The notes: a model not told the origin generated them from the sequence alone. DNA of 64,000 bases from an uncultured Nitrospiraceae bacterium (GCA_963706325.1 CAVPLT010000007.1:704001-768000); one strand, 5' to 3'; counted from the stretch's first letter, positions 10,681-20,711 are shown. Numbers and translations: made by a program.

Positions 10681-11340
10681 ATGGATATACGTGGTCGGTT
10701 CATCGGATTTTCCATCATTCTCACGGCGGCCCTGGCCCTGTCCTTCTTCGGGCATCAGTTGCTCTTCGATCATTGGCGCATGCAGCACGAGCGGCAACTC
10801 CAACGTTCTACAATTCTTGAGGAGGTCTTGCGCCTGCAACGCCTGGTCATGGATGTGGAAACAAATTTTCGTGGATATCTCCTCACCGAACAGCCCTCTT
10901 TCCTCGAGCCCATCAACCAAGCAGAAAATCGGCTCCAGACCGGTATGGCGCGGTTGCAGGATCTGACGACCAGCACACCGGGTTTGCAGGCTGGAGTGGG
11001 GGTGCTTTCGGCTCGCCTGAAAGAGTTCATTGAAAGCAAGCAGGCGCTGATCGAAAATGTGCGGATGGATAAGCAGGAGCAAGTGCGTTTGTATGTGCGA
11101 GGCGGAAGCGGTCGTGCCTTATTTTTGATCATCGAGAAGGCCATCGGAGATTTCGAAATGCGGATTCAGCGCGAACTACCGCACGAGGCCATGTCGTATG
11201 AGTCGTGGATGCAACGCGCTCGATGGCAACTTCTGACCTTGGAAACCTTAGGGGTCCTACTGTGTGTCTATTTCACCCGAGTCTTAGGATTTCCGAAAAA
11301 ACCGCTTCTGGAAGGCCGCCCCTTTCAACTCCTTCCGTAA
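10681..11340 (+). CDS. CHASE3-domain membrane protein without a cytoplasmic output domain (start may be 10594)
   Basis: TM - LVMDVETNFRGYLLTEQPSFLEP (CHASE3 signature) - TM, then a short tail and stop. Confidence 0.75.
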   Translation: MDIRGRFIGFSIILTAALALSFFGHQLLFDHWRMQHERQLQRSTILEEVLRLQRLVMDVETNFRGYLLTEQPSFLEPINQAENRLQTGMARLQDLTTSTPGLQAGVGVLSARLKEFIESKQALIENVRMDKQEQVRLYVRGGSGRALFLIIEKAIGDFEMRIQRELPHEAMSYESWMQRARWQLLTLETLGVLLCVYFTRVLGFPKKPLLEGRPFQLLP

Positions 11341-11431
11341 GTCTGTCCTTAAAACATCAATCTTTGTATCCGCTCTGAATCTGTTCGCACCTCCGCTCAA
11401 TCACTCTGAAATATACGCTCTCGTCAAGATT

Positions 11432-11460
11432 CGCACAGTGCGATGTGTGCGATTTCGCCC
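11432..11460 (-). promoter_or_regulatory. Conserved 29-bp activator-site motif, copy 1 (reverse orientation)
   Basis: Reverse complement GGGCG-AAAT-CGCAC-ACAT-CGCAC-T-GTGCG. Confidence 0.65.
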
Positions 11461-11511
11461 TCTTTGAGGGTGTTTGAACGCCAAAATCCCCGAATTAAGG
11501 CCCGATCGAAA

Positions 11512-11527
11512 TGGCACATGCCTTGCT
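11512..11527 (+). promoter_or_regulatory. Sigma-54 -24/-12 promoter
   Basis: TGGCAC-ATGCC-TTGCT, near-perfect consensus. Confidence 0.8.
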
Positions 11528-11572
11528 ATTCTAGTCAATGTCAGCTGGACGAATCGGAGAAAGGAAACGATC

Positions 11573-11674
11573 ATGGTACGAATGATAAAAAAAGTTGGTG
11601 ACCGAGAATTAGCTTGGGTGATGTTGGCAGTGGCAGCCGTCGCGCTTTGGAGCACCTGGGGGCTCACCAGCTAG
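11573..11674 (+). CDS. 33-aa single-pass membrane peptide
   Basis: MVRMIKKVGDRELAWVMLAVAAVALWSTWGLTS; SD AAGGA; sigma-54 promoter 45 bp upstream. Confidence 0.6.
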   Translation: MVRMIKKVGDRELAWVMLAVAAVALWSTWGLTS

Positions 11675-11945
11675 TGCTGCTGCAATCGGCAAAGCGAACG
11701 TTCGTTGCTTAGCGAAGGCCACGGAATTATCGCGCTTCTAGGCCTCTTCGACCACACCACATCTCATTTCTTTCTCTCTCATCATTGAGAAAATTCAGAG
11801 GACTTAGAACGCCCATGCCCTTCCGAGCGAAGTTGGCAGCGGCATCTTTGGACATCTGTCTGCGCTATTCGACGCTTTGACTCATTTTTGAATCTTGCGA
11901 AAGTTGGCTGATGCATTCGTTGAACCAGTATTCTCTCCATATCCG

Positions 11946-12251
11946 TCAAACGTAGATAATCATCGGTTCAACGCTACCTTTTCGAAATCCGGATGTTTTT
12001 CGATGGCCTCGCTCAATTCGTGTTCCGCTGCTGATGCCAAAGGTTTGATTTCCGAACATGCCATTGCTCGTTGCCATGAGGATCTGGACGCCTTTGGTTT
12101 TCGCTCCAGAATCTTGTGCCCACCAGATTTTCCCCCAGCCGAAACAAGGTCCCGTGTCCGAGGTTCCCGAAGACTTGGCTTCAGCCACGCCAGGCAATCC
12201 CTGCGACGCGAAGAAGATTCCTATCATTGAGAGCAGGATCAGCTTTTTCAT
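11946..12251 (-). pseudogene. DUF3015-family protein, truncated/degenerate
   Basis: Signal peptide then DTGPCFGWGK...QILMATSNGMFGNQTFGISSGT resembles DUF3015; similarity is lost immediately afterwards. Confidence 0.6.
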
Positions 12252-12591
12252 TGGTCCTCCGCATAAAAGGGTGTGGGCGCGTCACCCGAAAAGCCGCGAA
12301 TTCCAAGGAGAGCGTCAGAGTCTGCACAATGGTTTTTTCATTGCGGCGCGGGGGAACGTTGCATCTCGGCAGGTTTAGTGTTTTGCCGCTGTTACGCTAT
12401 GCAGTCCCGATGCACCCTGTAGGCGGTATTGATCTGCATGGGCGGCTTGAAGCCGACGAGGAGGCCGCGGCTCTAAACACAGGCTAGAGCCCAACAGAGG
12501 CATCCACTCGTTCCTTTGACGATAAGGAACGGACATCGAACAGTTGAAGGGGGAGGCCTTGAGGGTGTCTCTATGGAATGGGACGCGGGTA

Positions 12592-13398
12592 TTAGTTGGC
12601 AGCTCGTATTCCGTTAGAAGGCGCCGCGTCGAATCCATATTGAAGCAGGAGTTTTTGTATGCGGGGACTCATGATGAATTTGAAAAAGTCCTCCGCCGCA
12701 CCGCGGGAGGCTTCTCGGCAGGTCCAAACCACCGCTTCACCGAACTCGACCGGCGTGTACTGGCCTGCCGGAGCTTCATCAATGATGCGGACTTGGCCAC
12801 TATTGATCGCATCGGCGCGGTAGACGATGCCCACCTCAGCCCCCCCGGCGCGAACCAAATTCACGACATCTTCACTGTGAGGCGCGTGGATGAGGTGCGA
12901 ACGGTTTCGATAGGCGGGATTGAGGGTAGTGAGCGCCTTGGCCGTGATTTCTCCCAGGGCAGACGTCTTAGGATCGACGAGGGCAATGCGGATGGTTCGA
13001 TCAGGAAACACTTCGCGAAAGGAAATTGAGGCCGCCGGCGAGGCTGCGGCCATGACGAGTACGAGAGAGGTTTGCGCGAAGATGCGAGGCCCTCCATTGA
13101 TAGTCAGCCCCTTCTGTTGCAGTTTCCGCACTTCCTCAAACGACTCGGGTAGAAATACATCGATGGGAGCTCCCTGTTCGATTTGCCGGCGAAGCGTTTG
13201 CGACGGACCGTATACAACCTGCACAGTCACGCCATATTCTTCCTGGAACATGGGCACAATATCCTGGAAGGCGCCTTTCAAACTATGGGCCGCTGCAACC
13301 GTCAGGACTTCAGCGTGAACAGTGGCGTCGGCTCCCACCAGGCCTGCGAGGCCGGCTACGAAGGCCATCGCTGTGCTAAGTTTCCGAATTCCCATCAT
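12592..13398 (-). CDS. modA: Molybdate ABC transporter substrate-binding protein
   Basis: LTVAAAHSL, YGPSQTLRRQIEQGAPIDVF, GIVYRADA, LLLQYGF; ATG 13398 with SD GGAGA; signal peptide. Confidence 0.85.
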   Translation of the reverse strand: MMGIRKLSTAMAFVAGLAGLVGADATVHAEVLTVAAAHSLKGAFQDIVPMFQEEYGVTVQVVYGPSQTLRRQIEQGAPIDVFLPESFEEVRKLQQKGLTINGGPRIFAQTSLVLVMAAASPAASISFREVFPDRTIRIALVDPKTSALGEITAKALTTLNPAYRNRSHLIHAPHSEDVVNLVRAGGAEVGIVYRADAINSGQVRIIDEAPAGQYTPVEFGEAVVWTCREASRGAAEDFFKFIMSPRIQKLLLQYGFDAAPSNGIRAAN

Positions 13399-13669
13399 GG
13401 GTCCATCTCCCTGATATTTTGTCAAAGCGATCCGGATTGCCCGTGCATTGCTCGCCACAACCCGCTGTCGGCGCTGCTGCCATTGGTTCTTAACTCGACG
13501 ACCTTGGTGACATCTAAAGTACGCGTCATGGAACGTCTTTATCCGCAAGATCGATACCAGTCGAAGTATTGACTCGGTGGCGTTGGCAAAAAGTCGCCTG
13601 CCATTACATTTCCAGTGAGTTTTCGAGGTTTATTGGTGTCTGCGATGCAGGCCAGGTTCGTGGAACAGT

Positions 13670-13698
13670 GTGAGATTACGCACGGTGCGCTCAGTGCT
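13670..13698 (+). promoter_or_regulatory. Conserved 29-bp activator-site motif, copy 2
   Basis: GTGAG-ATTA-CGCAC-GGTG-CGCTC-A-GTGCT. Confidence 0.55.
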
Positions 13699-13823
13699 GA
13701 ACCGCGCAATGCAGATCGGCGCGGGTGCGCGGTAGGAAGGTCAAAGAGATTTTCCAGCCCAAAGTGAGTCAATGGCGCACGTCTTTTGGTGGCCGGCTAC
13801 TTTGGGAGAGTGAGTACGACGAC

Positions 13824-13839
13824 TGGTAAGCTCCTTGCT
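13824..13839 (+). promoter_or_regulatory. Sigma-54 -24/-12 promoter of the RND operon
   Basis: TGGTAA-GCTCC-TTGCT. Confidence 0.65.
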
Positions 13840-13979
13840 ATATCCCATTGCTACTTCCTATGCTGGTGTTGAGTGAGGGCGGTGCCCCCTGGGCGGAGAA
13901 TCTGATGAGCTTGTTTAAACTGGTGTGGTAAATAGGGAAAAATGACGAGATATAAATCCGCTATTTGCAGACTTCGCAC

Positions 13980-15479
13980 ATGAATGAGATTGTTCTTATT
14001 GCCCTGCGCAGGCCGTACACCTTCGTCGTCATGTCTATTCTTATCGTGCTGTTGGGCACCAAGACGATCCTCCACATGCCGACCGATATCTTCCCGAATA
14101 TCACGATTCCCGTCACCTCCGTCGTCTGGATCTACAGCGGCCTGCTGCCGCAACAGGTGGAAGGGCGTATCACCTATCTCTTCGAACGCTTCCTGACCTC
14201 GACGGTGGAGGGCATCAAGTACATTCACAGCCATTCCTATTTCGGCAGCAGTATCACCAATATTTTTCTCCAGGATGGAGTGGACGTGGCCCGGGCCGAA
14301 GCGGATATCGTCGGCATCGCGCAGAATGTCGTCAAAGCGCTGCCGCCCGATATTTCACCGCCCATGGTCATGCGTCTGGCCCCGTCCTCCATACCAGTGG
14401 CCATGCTCCAAATCAGTTCCGACCACATGACACCCGCGGAGCTCTACAATCTCGTCTACATGCGAATTCGTCCGCTGCTCGTCACGGTACCCGGAATAGT
14501 CCTGCCGCACCCCTACGGCGGCCAAGACATGCAGGTCATGGTCAACCTCGATCAGCAGAAATTGCTCGCCCGACAACTCACGCCGGCGGACATTCACGAT
14601 GCTCTTATGAAGCAATACCTCGTGCTGCCGGCCGGCGACATTAAGATCAAGCAGACGGACTGGATCGTCCAGACGAATGCGTCGCCGATGAATATTGCGC
14701 ATTTCAACGATATTCCCATCAAGCGGGAAGGCAACGCATTCATCTATCTGCGCGACGTCGCCACGGTACAGCTCATGGGCCGGGTGCAACAGAATGCGGT
14801 GCTGGTAAAGGGTAAACAGACGGTCATTCTCGTGGCCATGAAGAGCACGGAGGCTTCGACCCTCGACGTCGTCAGTGGGATCAAGAAGATGATCCCCCGC
14901 GCCGAGCAAATTTCTCCCGAGGGCGTGGAGATCAAACTGCTCGACGACGCCTCAACGTTCGTGAAGGATTCGATCTCGGATGTCCTGCATGAAATGCTGA
15001 TGGCCGGCGCGTTGGTTGGCCTGATCGTGCTGTTGCTGCTCGGCTCCTGGCGGGCTACGGTCATCGTCTGGACCTCGATCCCGTTGTCCATTCTGACCGC
15101 CATCATCGGCCTGCACCTGCTCGAGGAGACGATCAACGTCATGACGTTGGGAGGGTTAGCGCTGGCGGTCGGTATTCTGGTCGATGATGCTACTGTGATG
15201 ATCGAGAACATCGATCGACATATCGAAATGGGCAAGCCGCTCGAACAGGCCATCATCGACGCGGCCAATCAGATCGTCATCCCTACACTCGTTGCCACCC
15301 TCTGCATTGCGATCGTCTGGCTACCACTCTTCGAACTCGGCGGCGTCGCCGGCTACCTGTTCAAGCCCATGGCGGAAGCGATCATCATCGCGATGCTCGC
15401 CTCCTTCATCCTGTCGCGCACACTGGTGCCGACGATGGCGAAATATATGCTGAAGGAACACCATGTCGCAGCCGCATGA
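13980..15479 (+). CDS. RND efflux permease (AcrB/CusA family), N-terminal half
   Basis: ALRRPYTF, MPTDIFPNI, INVMTLGGLALAVGILVDDATVMIENI; ends after the TM6-like segment. Confidence 0.85.
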   Translation: MNEIVLIALRRPYTFVVMSILIVLLGTKTILHMPTDIFPNITIPVTSVVWIYSGLLPQQVEGRITYLFERFLTSTVEGIKYIHSHSYFGSSITNIFLQDGVDVARAEADIVGIAQNVVKALPPDISPPMVMRLAPSSIPVAMLQISSDHMTPAELYNLVYMRIRPLLVTVPGIVLPHPYGGQDMQVMVNLDQQKLLARQLTPADIHDALMKQYLVLPAGDIKIKQTDWIVQTNASPMNIAHFNDIPIKREGNAFIYLRDVATVQLMGRVQQNAVLVKGKQTVILVAMKSTEASTLDVVSGIKKMIPRAEQISPEGVEIKLLDDASTFVKDSISDVLHEMLMAGALVGLIVLLLLGSWRATVIVWTSIPLSILTAIIGLHLLEETINVMTLGGLALAVGILVDDATVMIENIDRHIEMGKPLEQAIIDAANQIVIPTLVATLCIAIVWLPLFELGGVAGYLFKPMAEAIIIAMLASFILSRTLVPTMAKYMLKEHHVAAA

Positions 15480-17157
15480 GCAGCAGGGGAAGCTCGGCGC
15501 GGAACCATCGCGGAACGTTTTCGTGCGCTTTCAGCAAGGGTTCGAACGCCGCTTCAATCAGTTTCGCGAGCGTTACGGCGCGCTGCTTGAACACGTGCTC
15601 GCCCGTCGCAACACCTTTGTCTCAATCTCTCTGGCCATTGCGTTGGGCTCTCTGGGCCTCTTTTTCTTTCTCGGACGCGATTATTTCCCCGAGATCAGGT
15701 CTGGGATCATTACGATGCATATGCGGGCGCCGCTTGGAACGCGCATCGAGGTGTCAGGACGCATCGCCACGCTCGTCTCCGATAGCATCCAAGAGTTGCT
15801 GCCCGGCCAGGTCGAAAACGTCGTCAGTAATTGCGGCTTGCCGGTTGGGCCGCACAACCTCGCCTTCATTCCGACTCCGACGATCGGATCCCAGGATTGT
15901 GACCTCACGATTCTTTTGAGGAATGAAAAGTCGCCGGTGTGGGACTATCGGCGCATTCTGCGCAAGGGCTTGAGGGAGCGTTATCCAGGCACCGAATTCA
16001 CATTCCAGCCGTCCGATCTGACTGCAAAAATTCTCAATTTCGGGGCGCCTGCGCCGATCGACGTGCAAATCAACGGCCCGGACATGTATCCCAACTATGA
16101 GTTTGCTCGCAAATTAGTGGGCAAGTTTCGCGAGATACCGGGTGCCGCAGACGTGGTGATACAGCAGACGATGCGCACGCCGACCCTCATGGTCGAAGGC
16201 AACCGTACGTTCGGACTTGGTGTCAACAGAACGCTTAAAGAGATGGCCGACAATCTGCTCATGACGACCGCCGGGAGTCAGCAGGTCGACCAGATCTACT
16301 GGCTCGATCCCAGCACCGGCATGTCGTACTTGATCAATGTCTACACTCCGCAGGCGCAGATCAATAGCGTCAATAGTCTCAAGACGATCCCGGTCGAGTC
16401 GTCGGACCATTCTCCGAACGGTCAGGAAATGCAGCTTCTCGGTAATTTGGCGGACATTTCAGCGGAGGGAACGCCCGGGGTGGTCACTCATGGGAACATC
16501 ATGCCGCTGTTCAACATCTATGTTTCGGCCGAAGGGCGCGACCTTGGCGGGGTGCTGGCCGATGTCGAAAAGGTCGCCAAGAGCATGGAGGACGAGTTGC
16601 CTCGCAGCGCCGCACTCGAAATCCATGGCCAGGCCACCTTGATGCACGACGCCTATTTTGAGTTGATTGTCGGATTGCTCGTCGCGATCGCGCTCGTCTA
16701 CTTGCTGATCGTCGTCAACTTTCAATCTTGGCTGGATCCCTTCATCATTATTACGGCCTTGCCCGGCGCGCTCGCGGGCATTGCCTGGGCGTTGTTCCTG
16801 ACCCATACGCGGCTTTCGGAGCCTGCGCTGACGGGCGCCATTATGACGATGGGCACAGCAACCGCCAATTCGATCCTCGTCGTGTCCTACGCCCGCGAGC
16901 GACTCCAGGAGCACGGCGACGCCCTGAGGGCCGCGATCGAAGCCGGAACGACCCGCTTCCGTCCGGTGCTTATGACCGCCTCCGCCATGATTATGGGTAT
17001 GGTGCCCATGGCGACAGGGTATTCCACGAATGCGCCGCTGGGTCGCGCCGTCATCGGCGGCTTGCTCGTAGCCACTCTCTTTACCCTGCTTTTCGTACCC
17101 TGCGTGTATGTGATGGTTTATAACGGGCGAGCGTTTCGCCAGAGGGACCACGCATAA
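15463..17157 (+). CDS. RND efflux permease, C-terminal half (+1 frame relative to the N-half)
   Basis: LGRDYFP, VVNFQSWLDPFIII, ATANSILVV, RFRPVLMTA, APLGRAVIGGL. Confidence 0.85.
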   Translation: MSQPHEQQGKLGAEPSRNVFVRFQQGFERRFNQFRERYGALLEHVLARRNTFVSISLAIALGSLGLFFFLGRDYFPEIRSGIITMHMRAPLGTRIEVSGRIATLVSDSIQELLPGQVENVVSNCGLPVGPHNLAFIPTPTIGSQDCDLTILLRNEKSPVWDYRRILRKGLRERYPGTEFTFQPSDLTAKILNFGAPAPIDVQINGPDMYPNYEFARKLVGKFREIPGAADVVIQQTMRTPTLMVEGNRTFGLGVNRTLKEMADNLLMTTAGSQQVDQIYWLDPSTGMSYLINVYTPQAQINSVNSLKTIPVESSDHSPNGQEMQLLGNLADISAEGTPGVVTHGNIMPLFNIYVSAEGRDLGGVLADVEKVAKSMEDELPRSAALEIHGQATLMHDAYFELIVGLLVAIALVYLLIVVNFQSWLDPFIIITALPGALAGIAWALFLTHTRLSEPALTGAIMTMGTATANSILVVSYARERLQEHGDALRAAIEAGTTRFRPVLMTASAMIMGMVPMATGYSTNAPLGRAVIGGLLVATLFTLLFVPCVYVMVYNGRAFRQRDHA

Positions 17158-18428
17158 TGAATAAGATCTTGCGTGGAAGACTCGTGGTCATCTCGGTGAT
17201 CTTGCTGTGTGTGGTTTACCTCGGCTACCGCATTTATGAGAGCAAAAGCGACGCCGCTTTGCTGGGCGTGAGAACACTTGAGGACGCCGTTCCCACCGTG
17301 GCCGTCATTTATCCAAAGCCGGTGGCGCCGACTGAAACCATTACGCTCCCGGGCAACGTGCAAGCGTGGTTTCAAGCGCCGATTTATGCGCAGGTCTCGG
17401 GCTATGTGAAGATGTGGTACAAGGACTATGGCGCGCTGGTGAAGAAGGGCGACGTCCTCGCCGAAATCAACGCGCCGGCCCTCGACGCCCAATATGCGCA
17501 GGCCAAAGCTGATCTGGAGTCCGTGCGCACCTTATATGCTCTCGCTGACCTCACCGCGAAGCGCTGGCTCGCATTGCGAAAAAACCATGCGGTTTCCGAG
17601 CAGTCGATCTCGGTGAAGGTGGCGGAGGCCAAAGCTGAATTGGCAAAAGTCAGGGCAGCGGAGCAGAACGTCAAGAATTTCGAGGCGCTGATTCGGTTCA
17701 AAACCATCGTCGCTCCCTATGATGGCGTGGTGACGGTGCGCAACATCAACGTCGGCGACTACATCAACAAGGAAGGGAACATCGGTGATCGCAGCGCAGT
17801 CACCAATCTCTTTACTGTGGCTGACGTCAGCATGTTGCGTCTCTTTGTTTCCGTGCCCGAGTCGTTCGGGCCCTTCCTCCAGCCAGGCCTGACGGCCGAC
17901 GTGACGGTCCCGCAACTCCCCGATCGTCATTTCGCTGCCAAATTTCTGACCGTTGCCCGTGGATTCGATGTGAGCACGCGCACCGCCATTACCGTCTTCA
18001 CCATCGAGAACGAGGACAGGGCGCTCTGGCCCGGCTCTTATGCCCAGGTCAATCTCACGGCACCGGTCGACAGGAAGGTGTTCACGATTCCGTCCACCGC
18101 GTTGGTGTTTCAAGAGCACGGCACCCAGGTGGCCCTGGTGACCGAGGACGACCGAGTGCACTTGCAACCAATCACCGTAAGCCGACTCCTTGATAGTGCC
18201 GTTGAAGTGGCAGAAGGGATTTCCACTATCAACCGCATCGTAAACAACCCCAGCGCCGCGTTGCTCGAGGGAGACAAGGTGCGCGTCGTGACGCCGGCGC
18301 CCGGTTACGATCTCCTCAGCACGGAAGCCCCCGCGTCACAGGGAACTCACGGACCGCAAGTTCCTAGGTCAAAGGCGGATCCGAGATCAAAAGAAACTTT
18401 GCCCTCCGATACGCACGCTCCAAAATGA
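17157..18428 (+). CDS. RND efflux periplasmic adaptor (MFP)
   Basis: TITLPGNVQA, IYAQVSGY, IVAPYDGVVTVRN, LWPGSYAQV. Confidence 0.9.
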   Translation: MNKILRGRLVVISVILLCVVYLGYRIYESKSDAALLGVRTLEDAVPTVAVIYPKPVAPTETITLPGNVQAWFQAPIYAQVSGYVKMWYKDYGALVKKGDVLAEINAPALDAQYAQAKADLESVRTLYALADLTAKRWLALRKNHAVSEQSISVKVAEAKAELAKVRAAEQNVKNFEALIRFKTIVAPYDGVVTVRNINVGDYINKEGNIGDRSAVTNLFTVADVSMLRLFVSVPESFGPFLQPGLTADVTVPQLPDRHFAAKFLTVARGFDVSTRTAITVFTIENEDRALWPGSYAQVNLTAPVDRKVFTIPSTALVFQEHGTQVALVTEDDRVHLQPITVSRLLDSAVEVAEGISTINRIVNNPSAALLEGDKVRVVTPAPGYDLLSTEAPASQGTHGPQVPRSKADPRSKETLPSDTHAPK

Positions 18429-18441
18429 TGGACTCTTACAC

Positions 18442-20058
18442 GTGATAACCGAGCGCGTTCGAACGGGACCAGCAATGGCATGTTTCCTTGGCGCTTGTAG
18501 GCAATACGGTGGCGTTGTGTTGTTGGCGCTCGGCCTGCCGGCTTGCAATGGGTTTCCTGCCGTTGACCTGGCTCCGGCCTATCAGCCGCCCGAGTATGTG
18601 GTGCCCGCCTCTTGGAAGGGTGCGAGTCCCTTCGTTGAGGCGAATCCCTCGGATGATGAATTACGCCCGGATTGGTGGAAGCTGTTTGACGATCCCACCC
18701 TGGACGTGCTCGAAGAGCAGGCCATGGTAGCCAATCCGGACCTGCAGGCGGCCGCCGAACGGTTCGTCCAGGCTCGTGATGTGATGATGCGAGCCCGATC
18801 GCAGTATCTGCCTCGCGTCGGTCTGGAGTTCGGCGCCTCTGACAACAAGCAATCCGTGAACAAACTCTTTCGTCCGCCTAATATTTCGGAGTTCGGGACA
18901 ACTGTCTACGCCGGAGGGATTGCTTCCTGGGAGCCAGATTTTTGGTCGGCGCTTCGTAATGCCACACGTGTCGAAGTCTACCGCGCCGAGGAGCGCGCCG
19001 CTGACTATGGCCTCGCGCGGCTCAGCTTGCAGGCTGAAATTGGGGCGAATTATTTCACGCTTCGCGGATATGACGCGCAGACGGCAATCTATACCCAATC
19101 GATCGATCTCTACAAAAAGTCACTCAAGCTCGTCAAGGCACAATTCGCCGGTGCGATCGCGTCGGCGCTCGATGTCGCACGGGTCGAATCTTTGCTATTC
19201 AGCACGGAAACCAAATTAGCCCAGATACAAGGTCAACGCCAAGTAACCGAACAAGCGATCGCCATCCTCGTCAATATGGCGCCTGCGAGTTTCACGATCA
19301 ACCCGGCCGAAGAGCTTCGAGTGACGAATTTTGCAATTCCCAAGACCATCCCATCCACCTTGCTGGAACGGCGGCCTGACATCGCCGGGATGGAACGCCA
19401 AATGGCGCAGGCGAACCGTGGGATCGGTATCGCTCGGGCGGCCTTTTATCCCAATGTGGCCTTCCGGCTTGGCGGAGGGTTTGAAGACGCCGGCTTTAAC
19501 CTGATGGCACTGGCCAACAGCTTCTGGTCTTACGGATCAGTTGTGTCGCTGCCGATCTTTCAGGGTGGTTACCGCCGCGCCCAATTACAGCAGGCGTGGT
19601 CGGCATATCGTGAGACGGAAGATCAATACCGTTCGACCGTGCTGAACGCGTTTCGCGAGGTCGAGAACGGCTTGAGTCTGACCAACCAGCTCACGCTTGC
19701 GGCTAATCGTCAGGACGCCGCCGTGGGAGCCACTTTGAGGACGCAAAATCTCACCACAGAGCTGTATCAAGGCGGGCTGGCCTCCAGTCTGGAGCTTATT
19801 TATGCGCAGGTCGCCACGCTGACTGCGCGGATCGAATCCGTGCAGATCAAGGCAGAACTGCTGAGAAATTCGGTTTCCCTCATTCGCGCGCTCGGGGGAG
19901 GGTGGAACCGTAAGCAACTCCCGACCGATGACCAGATCCAGCCGTTTGGCACCTTCCAATATACCAATCTAGAGAAGCCATCGAGCGCGGGGGGGATCGA
20001 TGTCAACGCCCACAATAACCGGGTGAATAATGATCTGACAAAACCCCCCGTTCGTTGA
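18442..20058 (+). CDS. Efflux outer membrane lipoprotein (NodT family); start may be 18475
   Basis: Lipobox LGLPAC; WWKLFDDPTL, LLERRPDIA, LIRALGGGW. Confidence 0.9.
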   Translation: MITERVRTGPAMACFLGACRQYGGVVLLALGLPACNGFPAVDLAPAYQPPEYVVPASWKGASPFVEANPSDDELRPDWWKLFDDPTLDVLEEQAMVANPDLQAAAERFVQARDVMMRARSQYLPRVGLEFGASDNKQSVNKLFRPPNISEFGTTVYAGGIASWEPDFWSALRNATRVEVYRAEERAADYGLARLSLQAEIGANYFTLRGYDAQTAIYTQSIDLYKKSLKLVKAQFAGAIASALDVARVESLLFSTETKLAQIQGQRQVTEQAIAILVNMAPASFTINPAEELRVTNFAIPKTIPSTLLERRPDIAGMERQMAQANRGIGIARAAFYPNVAFRLGGGFEDAGFNLMALANSFWSYGSVVSLPIFQGGYRRAQLQQAWSAYRETEDQYRSTVLNAFREVENGLSLTNQLTLAANRQDAAVGATLRTQNLTTELYQGGLASSLELIYAQVATLTARIESVQIKAELLRNSVSLIRALGGGWNRKQLPTDDQIQPFGTFQYTNLEKPSSAGGIDVNAHNNRVNNDLTKPPVR

Positions 20059-20303
20059 GCATCGTCGCCGTTCTAGACCCATTCAACACTGTGTTCGAGT
20101 TTCTAAGGTCCGGAAGGGCGAAATATAGTTTGATGTACCGGCAAGACCCCCATGGTTCCGGACGCACAGCTTCGCTGCGCGAATGGTCCTAGACGGAGCG
20201 TAGCACAAGGTCATCATGGCGACGTCCAACCTACACACCCGATTGTGTGAATGAAGGAATGTCCAGACAGATCCCGCGAATACCGGCCAGCCGTTTCCAT
20301 GCC

Positions 20304-20711
20304 CTAGGTCGGTGATATCAACGCGGAAGAGCACTTATGCCCTATGGCATGTGCCGCATCCTTGATCGTTTCCAAGAGTAACCACGTATCATAGGGCTTC
20401 ACAATCCAGGCGTAGGCGCCGAGCGGATGAACATCGTCGGAAGACTCCGTGAGCTCTTCCGAGAGCATAATGATGGGGAGGTGGGGCCAGACAACGCGGC
20501 TGAAGGCTAATAGTTCGCGACCATCGAGGTATGGCATGTCACAATCGGTGACCACTACGTCGAACTGTTTATGCTGCATTTCCTCTCTTGCTTCTCGGCC
20601 GTTCCTTGTCGCTTGGACATTGTAACCGGCTTGTATAAGCAAGGCTCTTAGGATTTCTCTAGCCGCATCATGATCTTGGGCTATCAGGATCCGTTTCGTA
20701 TCACTTGACAT
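20304..20711 (-). CDS. Stand-alone response regulator receiver (CheY-like)
   Basis: RILIAQD...FDVVVTDCDMPYLDG...IIMLS...IVKPY; SD GAGGAGG before ATG 20711. Confidence 0.8.
   Translation of the reverse strand: MSSDTKRILIAQDHDAAREILRALLIQAGYNVQATRNGREAREEMQHKQFDVVVTDCDMPYLDGRELLAFSRVVWPHLPIIMLSEELTESSDDVHPLGAYAWIVKPYDTWLLLETIKDAAHAIGHKCSSALISPT

Noticed and set aside
13399..13620. Moco riboswitch or ModE box upstream of modA
   Set aside because: No recognisable Moco RNA consensus or TATAT-N7-TAYAT-type ModE site
20103..20125. AAGGTCCGGAAGGG resembling the SRP RNA core
   Set aside because: Lacks the following AAGCAG motif and the long flanking stem; no SRP RNA seen near ffh either
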